Positions 16,277 through 23,763 of a stretch of 29,205 nucleotides of DNA are shown one piece after another. The stretch lies in assembly GCA_021683455.1 (NCBI GenBank), contig GCA_021683455.1_3051.3; one strand, written 5' to 3'. Each line of letters opens with the position of its first letter. Within the stretch, counting starts at the first letter, position 1. Both the position numbers and the translations under genes were made by a program. The notes below the pieces were generated by a model. That model saw only the letters and a list, made by a program, of their open reading frames with translations, was not told where the DNA came from and searched no databases. This DNA is from a phage.

Positions 16277-16570
16277 ATGAAAAAATTTATTTTTGCTACA
16301 ATTTTTACTTTGGCTTCTTGTGCTGCTCAGCCTGCTATGGCAGGTTATGATAAAGATTTGTGTGAATGGTCTATGACTGCAGATCAGACTGAAGTTGAAA
16401 CTCAAATTGAAGCGGATATTATGAATATTGTTGAGCGCGATCGTCCTGAAATGAAAGCTGAAGTGCAAAAACAACTTAAGTCTGGCGGTGTAATGCAGTA
16501 TAATTATGTTCTGTATTGCGATAAAAACTTTAATAACAAAGATATCGTAACCGAAATCACAGGTGAATAA
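16277..16570 (+). CDS. sp: Spackle-like periplasmic protein (superinfection exclusion / lysozyme inhibitor)
   Basis: 97 aa with a cleavable signal peptide (MKKFIFATIFTLASCAAQPAMA); length and position match T4 sp (61.3). Confidence 0.6.
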   Translation: MKKFIFATIFTLASCAAQPAMAGYDKDLCEWSMTADQTEVETQIEADIMNIVERDRPEMKAEVQKQLKSGGVMQYNYVLYCDKNFNNKDIVTEITGE

Positions 16571-16571
16571 T

Positions 16572-17204
16572 ATGATTTATTATATGCACAAAAATCCACC
16601 GTTTAAATACGGTAAATTTCCTGGTGCACAATGTTATAATATAACGCCTGATGAAAATAACCGTGGATATCTTATTGGCACAATTTTTGTAATTGTTAAA
16701 GATAACGAAATCGTTGCCTGGGCAGATTTTAAAGGTACAACATATGATGTTAATCCGGTGCCTTTCACATATTACAATTTAATGGATTTGGCATACGATT
16801 ATAATTGGTTTAATCATGACACGTTGGCTCATATTGAAGGTGTAGGATTTGACATCTCTTATTCTAGCTACTCATTGTGTCCTATGAGTCGGGCTCATAA
16901 AGAACCTGAATATTTTTCATTTAGGAAACGTGTAAACTTTAAACGCAACACAGAGCATGTCGGTGGAATCTTTGTTAAAGATAATCGAATTACTCGCATT
17001 ATTTATCCTTTGGGCTGTGGTCAAAAAGATATTGATGTTGATTTAGACTTTACTGAAAACATCATTAATCATATTGCTTCTGTGTATTTTGGTATCGATC
17101 ACAAAATTGTAATATGTGGATATGAATTACCGTTTGAAGAACAGTCTAAAGTAAATGTTTCTATTGACGATCAAATTTTTAATGCTTTTATGAATAAAGG
17201 TTAA
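16572..17204 (+). CDS. Hypothetical protein (position of T4 61.2); C-terminal tail shared with the next ORF
   Basis: 210 aa from ATG 16572; ends ...SIDDQIFNAFMNKG. Confidence 0.55.
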   Translation: MIYYMHKNPPFKYGKFPGAQCYNITPDENNRGYLIGTIFVIVKDNEIVAWADFKGTTYDVNPVPFTYYNLMDLAYDYNWFNHDTLAHIEGVGFDISYSSYSLCPMSRAHKEPEYFSFRKRVNFKRNTEHVGGIFVKDNRITRIIYPLGCGQKDIDVDLDFTENIINHIASVYFGIDHKIVICGYELPFEEQSKVNVSIDDQIFNAFMNKG

Positions 17205-17208
17205 TATG
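17160..17208 (+). repeat. Direct repeat copy 1 (3' end of the 61.2-position ORF plus stop/start junction)
   Basis: About 46/49 nt identical to 17518..17566, including CAAATTTTTAATGCTTTTATGAATA and GGTTAATATG. Confidence 0.7.
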
Positions 17209-17562
17209 TATAGTTCTGAATTTTCATATTTAAAAATGGAAAAAATTTCATACGATTTTATAGATGAAAAGGTTTATTACAGTTTCCATGAACCACGTTT
17301 TAATAGTGAGGTTGGGTTTATTGTAGTAAAAGACAATTTCATTTTAAAGATATATTCGGCATTAAAGGATTTTCACTACGAAAATATTAACCTAAAATTT
17401 GATAAAGAAAACGTTCGTAATTGCGCAGTAACAATTACAGGAAATAAAGGCACATGTGTTATGCTATCTGATGAAATTAATGATTTGCTAAATGATGCCG
17501 AAAAGGTTGCTATTCCATCTATTGATGACCAAATTTTTAATGCTTTTATGAATAGAGGTTAA
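17206..17562 (+). CDS. Hypothetical protein (position of T4 61.1); C-terminal tail shared with the previous ORF
   Basis: 118 aa; ends ...SIDDQIFNAFMNRG. Confidence 0.55.
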   Translation: MYSSEFSYLKMEKISYDFIDEKVYYSFHEPRFNSEVGFIVVKDNFILKIYSALKDFHYENINLKFDKENVRNCAVTITGNKGTCVMLSDEINDLLNDAEKVAIPSIDDQIFNAFMNRG

Positions 17563-17566
17563 TATG
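17518..17566 (+). repeat. Direct repeat copy 2 (3' end of the 61.1-position ORF plus stop/start junction)
   Basis: See copy 1; the two copies are 358 bp apart. Confidence 0.7.
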
Positions 17567-17728
17567 AAAACATATAAAGAATTTATTAAAGAAGATATGG
17601 TAGCTGGAGATTCAGGTGGTAATCCTGAAAATATCTCTACTGGAACAACGTCGGGCGCTGTAGTAAATAAAGGTCCTGAACAGATTCCTAAAAAGAAAAA
17701 AGAGGAATCTAAAGAAAAAGAAGAGTAA
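17564..17728 (+). CDS. Small hypothetical protein (54 aa), Lys/Glu-rich C-terminus
   Basis: ATG 2 nt after the preceding stop; stop 2 nt before the gene 61 ATG; below the ORF-track cutoff. Confidence 0.35.
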   Translation: MKTYKEFIKEDMVAGDSGGNPENISTGTTSGAVVNKGPEQIPKKKKEESKEKEE

Positions 17729-17730
17729 AA

Positions 17731-18759
17731 ATGTCATCAATATCTTGGATTGATAATGAGTTTGCATATCGTGCATTAGCTCATTTACCTAAATTCACAC
17801 AAGTAAATAATAGTTCAACTTTTAAATTACGGTTTAGATGCCCTGTTTGTGGAGATTCAAAAACCGACCAGAATAAAGCCCGTGGATGGTATTACGGTGA
17901 TAATAATGAAGGAAATATTCATTGTTATAACTGTAACTATCATGCACCAATCGGAATATATTTAAAGGAGTTTGAACCTGATTTATATCGTGAGTATATC
18001 TTTGAAATAAGAAAAGAAAAAGGTAAAAGCCGTCCAGTAGAAAAACCTAAAGAACTTCCTAAACAACCTGAGAAGAAAATAATTAAATCTCTTCCGTCAT
18101 GTGTTAGATTAGATAAACTGGTGGAAGACCATCCAATTATAAAATATGTAAAAGCTCGTTGTATTCCAAAGGATAAATGGAAATATCTTTGGTTTACAAC
18201 CGAATGGCCTAAATTAGTTAATAGCATAGTACCGGGAACATATAAAAAGGAAATTTCTGAGCCTCGTCTTGTTATTCCAATTTATAATGCTAATGGAAAA
18301 GCCGAGTCGTTTCAAGGGCGTGCATTAAAGAAAGATGCTCCTCAAAAATATATCACCATTAAAGCTTATCCTGAGGCAACAAAAATATATGGAGTCGAAC
18401 GAGTTAAAGATGGTGATGTATATGTTCTAGAAGGACCTATAGATTCACTTTTTATTGAAAATGGTATAGCTATTACGGGTGGTCAATTAGACCTAGAAGT
18501 TGTTCCATTTAAAGATAGACGAGTGTGGGTTTTAGATAATGAACCTCGTCACCCTGACACTATCAAACGAATGACTAAATTAGTTGATGCAGGAGAAAGG
18601 GTTATGTTTTGGGATAAATCTCCCTGGAAATCAAAAGATGTCAATGATATGATTAGAAAGGAAGGTGCAACCCCTGAACAAATTATGGAATATATGAAAA
18701 ATAATATTGCCCAGGGGTTAATGGCTAAAATGCGGTTATCTAAATATGCTAAGATTTAA
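17731..18759 (+). CDS. 61: DNA primase gp61
   Basis: 342 aa; N-terminal zinc-ribbon cysteines (CPVCGDS ... CYNCNYH); TOPRIM-like EGPIDS and DNEPR motifs. Confidence 0.9.
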   Translation: MSSISWIDNEFAYRALAHLPKFTQVNNSSTFKLRFRCPVCGDSKTDQNKARGWYYGDNNEGNIHCYNCNYHAPIGIYLKEFEPDLYREYIFEIRKEKGKSRPVEKPKELPKQPEKKIIKSLPSCVRLDKLVEDHPIIKYVKARCIPKDKWKYLWFTTEWPKLVNSIVPGTYKKEISEPRLVIPIYNANGKAESFQGRALKKDAPQKYITIKAYPEATKIYGVERVKDGDVYVLEGPIDSLFIENGIAITGGQLDLEVVPFKDRRVWVLDNEPRHPDTIKRMTKLVDAGERVMFWDKSPWKSKDVNDMIRKEGATPEQIMEYMKNNIAQGLMAKMRLSKYAKI

Positions 18760-18956
18760 ATTAACCCAACTAAAGCAAATGCTAAATCTACAAATGTATC
18801 AAGAGTAACTACTGGAATATTAATACCATGCGCAATTGCAACAGGTGATAGAATAAAGTTCCAGAGTAAAATTCCTACCATAGCAGAAATAGTAAAAGCT
18901 ATACGTTTCTTATTACCTTTGATGGCATTAACAAGTGCCATTAATTTTTGTACCAT
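18756..18956 (-). CDS. Small hydrophobic membrane protein encoded antisense to the early gene block
   Basis: 66 aa; on the minus strand a strong SD (AAGGAGG) lies 4 nt upstream of the ATG; stop overlaps the gene 61 stop (TTAA, convergent). The only minus-strand ORF with a credible ribosome-binding site. Confidence 0.5.
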   Translation of the reverse strand: MVQKLMALVNAIKGNKKRIAFTISAMVGILLWNFILSPVAIAHGINIPVVTLDTFVDLAFALVGLI

Positions 18957-18968
18957 ATGTCCTCCTTA

Positions 18969-18993
18969 TTGCTTTATATATTTATTGTATAAT
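18969..18993 (+). promoter_or_regulatory. MotA-dependent middle-type promoter upstream of gene 56
   Basis: MotA box TTGCTTTA (18969..18976), 11-nt spacer, TATAAT (18988..18993). Confidence 0.5.
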
Positions 18994-19027
18994 TAATCTA
19001 CTAACCCATGAATTGAAAGGAAAAATA

Positions 19028-19546
19028 ATGGCTTACTTTAACGAATGTGCTCATTTGATCGAAGGTGTTGATAAAGCAAATCGTGCATATGCTGAGAATA
19101 TTATGCACAATATTGACCCACTGCAGGTTATGCTTGATATGCAGCGGCATTTACAGATTCGTTTGGCTAATGATAAACCAGAAACAAATCGTCATCCTGA
19201 TTCACTTGAAACTGCAGGAGAAGTTCTTGCTTGGCTGCGAAACCAAGACGATTATATCGCAGATGAAACTCGCGAACTATATACTTCTCTTGGTGGTATG
19301 AGTAATGGTGAAAAAGAAGCTTCTGCTGTATGGAAACCTTGGAAGAAACGTTATTCTGAAATGCAATCCAAGAAAATTCAAGATTTATCTCCCGAAGATC
19401 AGCTTGAAATTAAATTTGAACTGATTGACCAATTTCACTTTTTCATGAATAAATTTATTGCTCTTGGAATGTCAGCTGAAGAAATCTTTAAACTTTATTA
19501 CCTGAAAAATGCTGAAAACTTCGCTCGTCAAGACCGAGGTTATTAA
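19028..19546 (+). CDS. 56: dCTP pyrophosphatase gp56 (MazG-like)
   Basis: 172 aa from ATG 19028 (GAAAGGAAA SD); MazG-type motif LETAGEV; N-terminus MAYFNECAHLIEGVDKA resembles T4 gp56. The ORF-track start at 18935 is an upstream extension through the promoter. Confidence 0.85.
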   Translation: MAYFNECAHLIEGVDKANRAYAENIMHNIDPLQVMLDMQRHLQIRLANDKPETNRHPDSLETAGEVLAWLRNQDDYIADETRELYTSLGGMSNGEKEASAVWKPWKKRYSEMQSKKIQDLSPEDQLEIKFELIDQFHFFMNKFIALGMSAEEIFKLYYLKNAENFARQDRGY

Positions 19547-19740
19547 TGGTTCGTTTAAATAAGCGTCAGCTTAAGAAAGCCCATAAGAAACGTATTGACC
19601 AGCTATTTAAAGATTATAACAAGGAGCTCGTATGTGAGCTCTTAACTAATCAACTTCGTATGGTTGAAGTTATAGAAGGTCCTGACGAAATTTTTGTCAG
19701 TGAAGAAGCTTTAAAATTAATTATAGAGCATTCAAAATGA
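19546..19740 (+). CDS. Small hypothetical protein (soc.2-like position)
   Basis: 64 aa; ATG overlaps the gene 56 stop (TAATG). Confidence 0.5.
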   Translation: MVRLNKRQLKKAHKKRIDQLFKDYNKELVCELLTNQLRMVEVIEGPDEIFVSEEALKLIIEHSK

Positions 19741-19946
19741 AATTTGATTTCTACGCGTGGCAAAAAGCCGGGAGACCGGCTACTCGAGCATTTGGTTCTG
19801 ATGGATATAATATTAGAGCTCATTGGAAATTTAATGCTCCAGAAGATTATTCTCCGGTAATTATTAACGGTGATGTTGTTATATTAACTAAAATCGGATA
19901 TTTTAACGTTCCGCGAGAATTTATTATAAATAATTATGTAATTTAA
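19737..19946 (+). CDS. Small hypothetical protein (soc.1-like position)
   Basis: 69 aa; ATGA overlap with the upstream ORF. Confidence 0.5.
   Translation: MKFDFYAWQKAGRPATRAFGSDGYNIRAHWKFNAPEDYSPVIINGDVVILTKIGYFNVPREFIINNYVI
19925..19932 (+). promoter_or_regulatory. T4 late promoter upstream of soc
   Basis: Exact TATAAATA, about 30 nt upstream of the soc ATG; the only exact match I found in the window. Confidence 0.5.
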
Positions 19947-19962
19947 ATAAAAGGAGAATTAC

Positions 19963-20220
19963 ATGGCTAGTACTCGCGGTTATGTTAATATCAAAACATT
20001 TGACCAAGCAGTTGATGGTGGTACAATTCAGGGTAAAGAAATTTCTGTAGCTTTCCCTCTTTATTCTGATGTTCACAAAATTTCTGGTGCTCATTATCAG
20101 ACATTCCCTTCTGAAAAAGCAGCATATTCTACAGTATATGAAGAAAATCAGCGTACTGAATGGATCACTGCTAATGAAGGTCTTTGGACTGTTACACCTA
20201 CTCCAGGCGTCGGTGGTTAA
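19963..20220 (+). CDS. soc: Small outer capsid protein Soc
   Basis: 85 aa; N-terminus MASTRGYVNIKTF and internal KEISVAFPLYSDVHKISGAHYQTFPSEKAAYSTVYEENQRTEWI recognised as Soc; preceded by TATAAATA and AAGGAG SD; followed by a terminator. Confidence 0.8.
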   Translation: MASTRGYVNIKTFDQAVDGGTIQGKEISVAFPLYSDVHKISGAHYQTFPSEKAAYSTVYEENQRTEWITANEGLWTVTPTPGVGG

Positions 20221-20228
20221 ATAATTTA

Positions 20229-20253
20229 AGGAATCCTTCGGGATTCCTTTTTT
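20229..20253 (+). terminator. Rho-independent terminator after soc
   Basis: AGGAAUCC-UUCG-GGAUUCCU hairpin followed by TTTTTT. Confidence 0.65.
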
Positions 20254-20263
20254 CATTTTATGG

Positions 20264-20292
20264 TTTACATGTCAAAATGAATATGGTATAAT
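20264..20292 (+). promoter_or_regulatory. T4-type early promoter
   Basis: -35 TTTACA (20264..20269), 17-nt spacer, -10 TATAAT (20287..20292). Confidence 0.55.
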
Positions 20293-20318
20293 AAAAATAT
20301 CTTATAGAGGAGAACACT

Positions 20319-20525
20319 ATGCTAAATCGTTGGATTAAACCAAATCAAACACTAGATGAAATCATTGCTAGCCATGTGCTAAACAAGTATTTGTGTATGC
20401 CTTGGCATACAGAAGTAGTAGTGCATTCATTCATGATGCACAAAGATGGTTCTGTCGAATTTAATGCAGAGATTCGATATGATTATGACGATAAGCAAGT
20501 CGAATTCAAAAGAGGCTTTTTGTAA
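20319..20525 (+). CDS. Small hypothetical protein
   Basis: 68 aa; AGAGGAG SD; first ORF after the early promoter downstream of soc. Confidence 0.5.
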   Translation: MLNRWIKPNQTLDEIIASHVLNKYLCMPWHTEVVVHSFMMHKDGSVEFNAEIRYDYDDKQVEFKRGFL

Positions 20526-20866
20526 TGTTTATCTTTAATTGGTTTAAAAATTTCTTTACGGATTTTTTCTCTACGACTCCTGGAGAAGGTGTAGTTCCTA
20601 TTTCAAATGACTACCTTCCTTTAACTGTAGTTGAGTATGTTTATATGGGAGATGGAACAGTAGAAGCAGTTACTATGACTTATGAAGAAGCCCAAGAATA
20701 TTATAAAAATCCTTGGCGCTGGTCAGTACCTACTACATCATCTAACGTACAGAATACACAGTCTAGTTCTGATTCATATGATACTAATGTTCCTGTTCAT
20801 GTATGGACGGGCGATTCATGTGGAAGTTCTTGTGATTCTGGTTGTTCATCTACATCTTGTGATTGA
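20525..20866 (+). CDS. Hypothetical protein with Ser/Cys-rich C-terminal tail
   Basis: 113 aa; TAATG overlap with the upstream ORF; C-terminus [17 protein letters not shown]. Confidence 0.5.
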   Translation: MFIFNWFKNFFTDFFSTTPGEGVVPISNDYLPLTVVEYVYMGDGTVEAVTMTYEEAQEYYKNPWRWSVPTTSSNVQNTQSSSDSYDTNVPVHVWTGDSCGSSCDSGCSSTSCD

Positions 20867-20874
20867 GGAAAATT

Positions 20875-21360
20875 ATGGAAGCGATTTTGTTTGAAATGTA
20901 TATTAGCAGTAATAGCATGTCGTTTGCTAAAGATGTTCCAATTACTGTAGCAGTAATGATTGATAAGGGTTATTGTGACCCAATGTATCTCGTAAAAAAA
21001 TTCGTTTCAATGCCAGTTCCAGAAGATGCTGAAATAAAACTTAAAAAGATTGGTATTATTGAAACTGTACAAAATATTCCATTTAGAGCAATTGAAGCAT
21101 TTACTAAATCAGAATACATTAATGTTAACACAGAAAAATATAATGATGAACCTTTATCTTTTTATTCATATGATTCAGCATATAGTTGGGAAATAGATAA
21201 AGGAAATAAGTTTATAATTGTGGACGAAGATGCTTTATCATATTTTATTACTTCTTTATGGAATAATTTAAATCCAAATTTGCTAAAAATTCATGAATTT
21301 GACGGTGTCCATACTATTGTTTTAGGTAAAATAAATGAAAGCTCTCAAGAAGATTCTTGA
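20875..21360 (+). CDS. Hypothetical protein (161 aa; possibly mrh-like by length and position)
   Basis: ATG at 20875 with GAGGA SD; the ORF-track start at 20863 is a TTG. The mrh suggestion rests only on length and rough synteny. Confidence 0.45.
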   Translation: MEAILFEMYISSNSMSFAKDVPITVAVMIDKGYCDPMYLVKKFVSMPVPEDAEIKLKKIGIIETVQNIPFRAIEAFTKSEYINVNTEKYNDEPLSFYSYDSAYSWEIDKGNKFIIVDEDALSYFITSLWNNLNPNLLKIHEFDGVHTIVLGKINESSQEDS

Positions 21361-21538
21361 ATGGTTCAATAGACCAAACTCAATGTATATTGATGATGGT
21401 TGGGTTGAACAAGCAAATAAAGAAATGCAGAACGAGTCAGAAGAATGGATGAAATCAATGATTAGTGCTGAGAAAGAAAAGAAATTAGAACGCTCAGCGC
21501 TTAAATTGATGAGAGACATCTATGGTGATAAATCATGA
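21335..21538 (+). CDS. Small hypothetical protein
   Basis: 67 aa; AGGT SD; overlaps the preceding ORF by 26 nt. Confidence 0.4.
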   Translation: MKALKKILEWFNRPNSMYIDDGWVEQANKEMQNESEEWMKSMISAEKEKKLERSALKLMRDIYGDKS

Positions 21539-21699
21539 CCAAAGATATGACGTTAGAAGAGGCAAAGGCTAAAGCAAATGAAGCTTTGGATTTGCTTCTT
21601 AAAATTGGCAGTAAAATGATGGAAGAAAATGAGAAATATATCCAGGAAAACAAAATTCCTGATGGTCCATTAGTAGGCAAAAGGAAATCACATGATTGA
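21535..21699 (+). CDS. Small hypothetical protein (54 aa)
   Basis: ATGA overlap with the upstream stop; below the ORF-track cutoff. Confidence 0.35.
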   Translation: MTKDMTLEEAKAKANEALDLLLKIGSKMMEENEKYIQENKIPDGPLVGKRKSHD

Positions 21700-22162
21700 A
21701 GTAGCAAAATTATATTCAATAGAATTTATGTCCAAAGAAGGTAAATCAGTAAATACACTTGATAAAAAGTGCTCATTAATTATTCCTTTAGCAGAAAATC
21801 CGGATATTTTAATTAAAGATATAAAAGAAAGAAAATATCCAGAAAATGTTATTCTAATTATAAAGCATACTGAAGATATTTTGCAGAATACTGATTCACC
21901 ATTTTCTTCTTCTGAAGCTTTAACTATTAAAGGCTATAAAAGAGCTCATGAATATGGTCTTTTTGACATGTTTGAAGACGATAAAGTTAAATTAGCGAGT
22001 CAACCTTCTAAAAGTAAAACATTCATTATTGAAGATATTAAAGATATAAATGCATTTGTTAAGATGGTCTGGGCTCATTTTGATGTTGGACTACGCTGGA
22101 GAATGTCCGAAGAAGAAAGAAAGATTATTGAAGCTAATCGTCAATTTGGTTTTTATCGCTAG
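21692..22162 (+). CDS. Hypothetical protein
   Basis: 156-aa ORF; its ATG overlaps the end of the preceding small ORF. Confidence 0.5.
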   Translation: MIEVAKLYSIEFMSKEGKSVNTLDKKCSLIIPLAENPDILIKDIKERKYPENVILIIKHTEDILQNTDSPFSSSEALTIKGYKRAHEYGLFDMFEDDKVKLASQPSKSKTFIIEDIKDINAFVKMVWAHFDVGLRWRMSEEERKIIEANRQFGFYR

Positions 22163-22170
22163 GAATTAGT

Positions 22171-22353
22171 ATGGATTTATTTGAGATGTTAGAAGATAAT
22201 CATTCTACGAATATCCAGAATGATTCTAGTGATTATAAGAAAGAGTACCGTATAGTATTACAGAATTATGGAATTGAAGCCCCAGATGCTCTTCTAGAAG
22301 AACTAGCTTCATACCATCTTGACCCTCCGCCTTGGGCTCCCTGGGCAAAATAA
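22171..22353 (+). CDS. Small hypothetical protein, acidic
   Basis: 60-aa ORF; AGGAA SD. Confidence 0.4.
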   Translation: MDLFEMLEDNHSTNIQNDSSDYKKEYRIVLQNYGIEAPDALLEELASYHLDPPPWAPWAK

Positions 22354-22365
22354 TTTAAAAAGTTG

Positions 22366-22394
22366 TTTACTTTCCTTTCTAACGATGATATGAT
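22366..22394 (+). promoter_or_regulatory. T4-type early promoter upstream of modB
   Basis: AAAGTTGTTTACT context; -35 TTTACT (22366..22371), 17-nt spacer, -10 TATGAT (22389..22394). Confidence 0.5.
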
Positions 22395-22420
22395 AGCTTC
22401 TGAAGTATACGGAGGCTATC

Positions 22421-23044
22421 ATGATTATTAATCTTGCAGATGTTGAACAGTTATCTATAAAAGCTGAAAGCGTTGATTTTCAATATGATATGTATAAAAA
22501 AGTCTGTGAAAAATTTACTGACTTTGAGCAGTCTGTTCTTTGGCAATGTATGGAAGCCAAAAAGAATGAAGCTCTTCACAGACAGTTGAATAAAATCATT
22601 AAAAAGCATTTAACTAAATCGCCTTATCAATTATATCGTGGTATATCAAAATCGACAAAAGAACTTATTAAAGATTTACAAGTTGGAGAAGTGTTTTCAA
22701 CGAACAGGGTAGATTCATTTACTACTAGTTTGCACACAGCATGTGGTTTTTCTTATTTTGAGTATTTCACTGAAATAATTTTTCGCTTAAAAACTGATAA
22801 AGCTTTTAATTATTCTGACCATATCAGCGATATTATACTTTCTTCTCCTAATACTGAGTTTAAGTACACGTATGAAGATACTGACGGGTTAGATTCAGAA
22901 AGAACTGATAACTTAATGATGATTGTGCGTGAACAAGAATGGATGATTCCAATTGGAAAGTATAAAATAACTTCTATTTCAAAAGAAAAATTACACGATT
23001 CATTTGGAACATTTAAAGTTTATGATATTGAGGTAGTTGAATGA
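22421..23044 (+). CDS. modB: ADP-ribosyltransferase ModB
   Basis: 207 aa, the T4 ModB length; R-S-E motifs of mono-ADP-ribosyltransferases (LYRGIS, FSTNR, EQEWMIP); GGAGG SD; own early promoter. Confidence 0.7.
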   Translation: MIINLADVEQLSIKAESVDFQYDMYKKVCEKFTDFEQSVLWQCMEAKKNEALHRQLNKIIKKHLTKSPYQLYRGISKSTKELIKDLQVGEVFSTNRVDSFTTSLHTACGFSYFEYFTEIIFRLKTDKAFNYSDHISDIILSSPNTEFKYTYEDTDGLDSERTDNLMMIVREQEWMIPIGKYKITSISKEKLHDSFGTFKVYDIEVVE

Positions 23045-23641
23045 AATACTCAGTAATGCAACTAAAAGATTTTAAAATAAAATCAATGGATGCATCGGTG
23101 CGTGCTTCTATTCGTGAAGAATTACTTTCTGAAGGGTTTAATTTATCTGAAATTGAACTTTTAATTCATTGTATTACTAATAAGCCAGATGACCATACTT
23201 GGTTAAATGAAATAATCAAATCTCGTTTGGTTCCAAACGATAAACCTCTTTGGAGAGGTGTTCCAGCTGAGACTAAGCAGGTGTTAAATCAAGGAATTGA
23301 TATTATTACATTTGATAAAGTCGTATCAGCTTCATATGATAAAAATATAGCTCTACATTTTGCTTCCGGTTTAGAGTATAACACAGGTTATTTTTGAATT
23401 CAAAGCTCCTATGGTATTCAATTTCCAGGAGTATGCTATAAAAGCTCTACGCTGTAAAGAATACAATCCAAACTTTAAGTTTCCGGATAGCCATCGTTAT
23501 CGTAATATGGAATTAGTTTCAGATGAACAAGAAGTAATGATACCAGCTGGAAGTGTATTTAGAATTGCAGATAGATATGAGTATAAAAAGTATTCAACAT
23601 ACACTATCTATACTCTTGATTTTGAAGGATTTAATCTATAA
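23041..23641 (+). pseudogene. modA: modA-like ADP-ribosyltransferase with interrupted reading frame
   Basis: N-terminal ORF 23041..23397 (118 aa, with LWRGV and VSASYD motifs) ends at TGA; the catalytic EQEVMIP region continues in the +1 frame, which is open from 23375 to 23641 (the ORF track lists it from ATG 23411). Break point is at a T5 run (23391..23395). Confidence 0.55.
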
Positions 23642-23699
23642 TGGAAGGACTTAGATTCATTATACCATGAAATTTTTAAAGCATTTTTACATAAAGTTG

Positions 23700-23729
23700 T
23701 TTACAAGCTAAGGTAAAAATGTTATAGTA
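23700..23729 (+). promoter_or_regulatory. T4-type early promoter upstream of the srd-like gene
   Basis: AAAGTTGTTTACA context; -35 TTTACA (23700..23705), 17-18-nt spacer, -10 TATAGT (23724..23729). Confidence 0.5.
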
Positions 23730-23763
23730 TAGTAGTCAACCGTCCGTAAGATGTGAGAAAAAT

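Noticed and set aside
17160-17566. Possible CRISPR-like or other non-coding repeat array
   Set aside because: Only two copies, both inside coding sequence and encoding the same peptide tail; no regular repeat-spacer structure anywhere in the window.
18957-19027. Promoter for the antisense small ORF
   Set aside because: On the minus strand I could not find a convincing -35/-10 pair or an exact TATAAATA late motif upstream of the ORF, so no promoter is annotated; expression of that ORF remains unproven.
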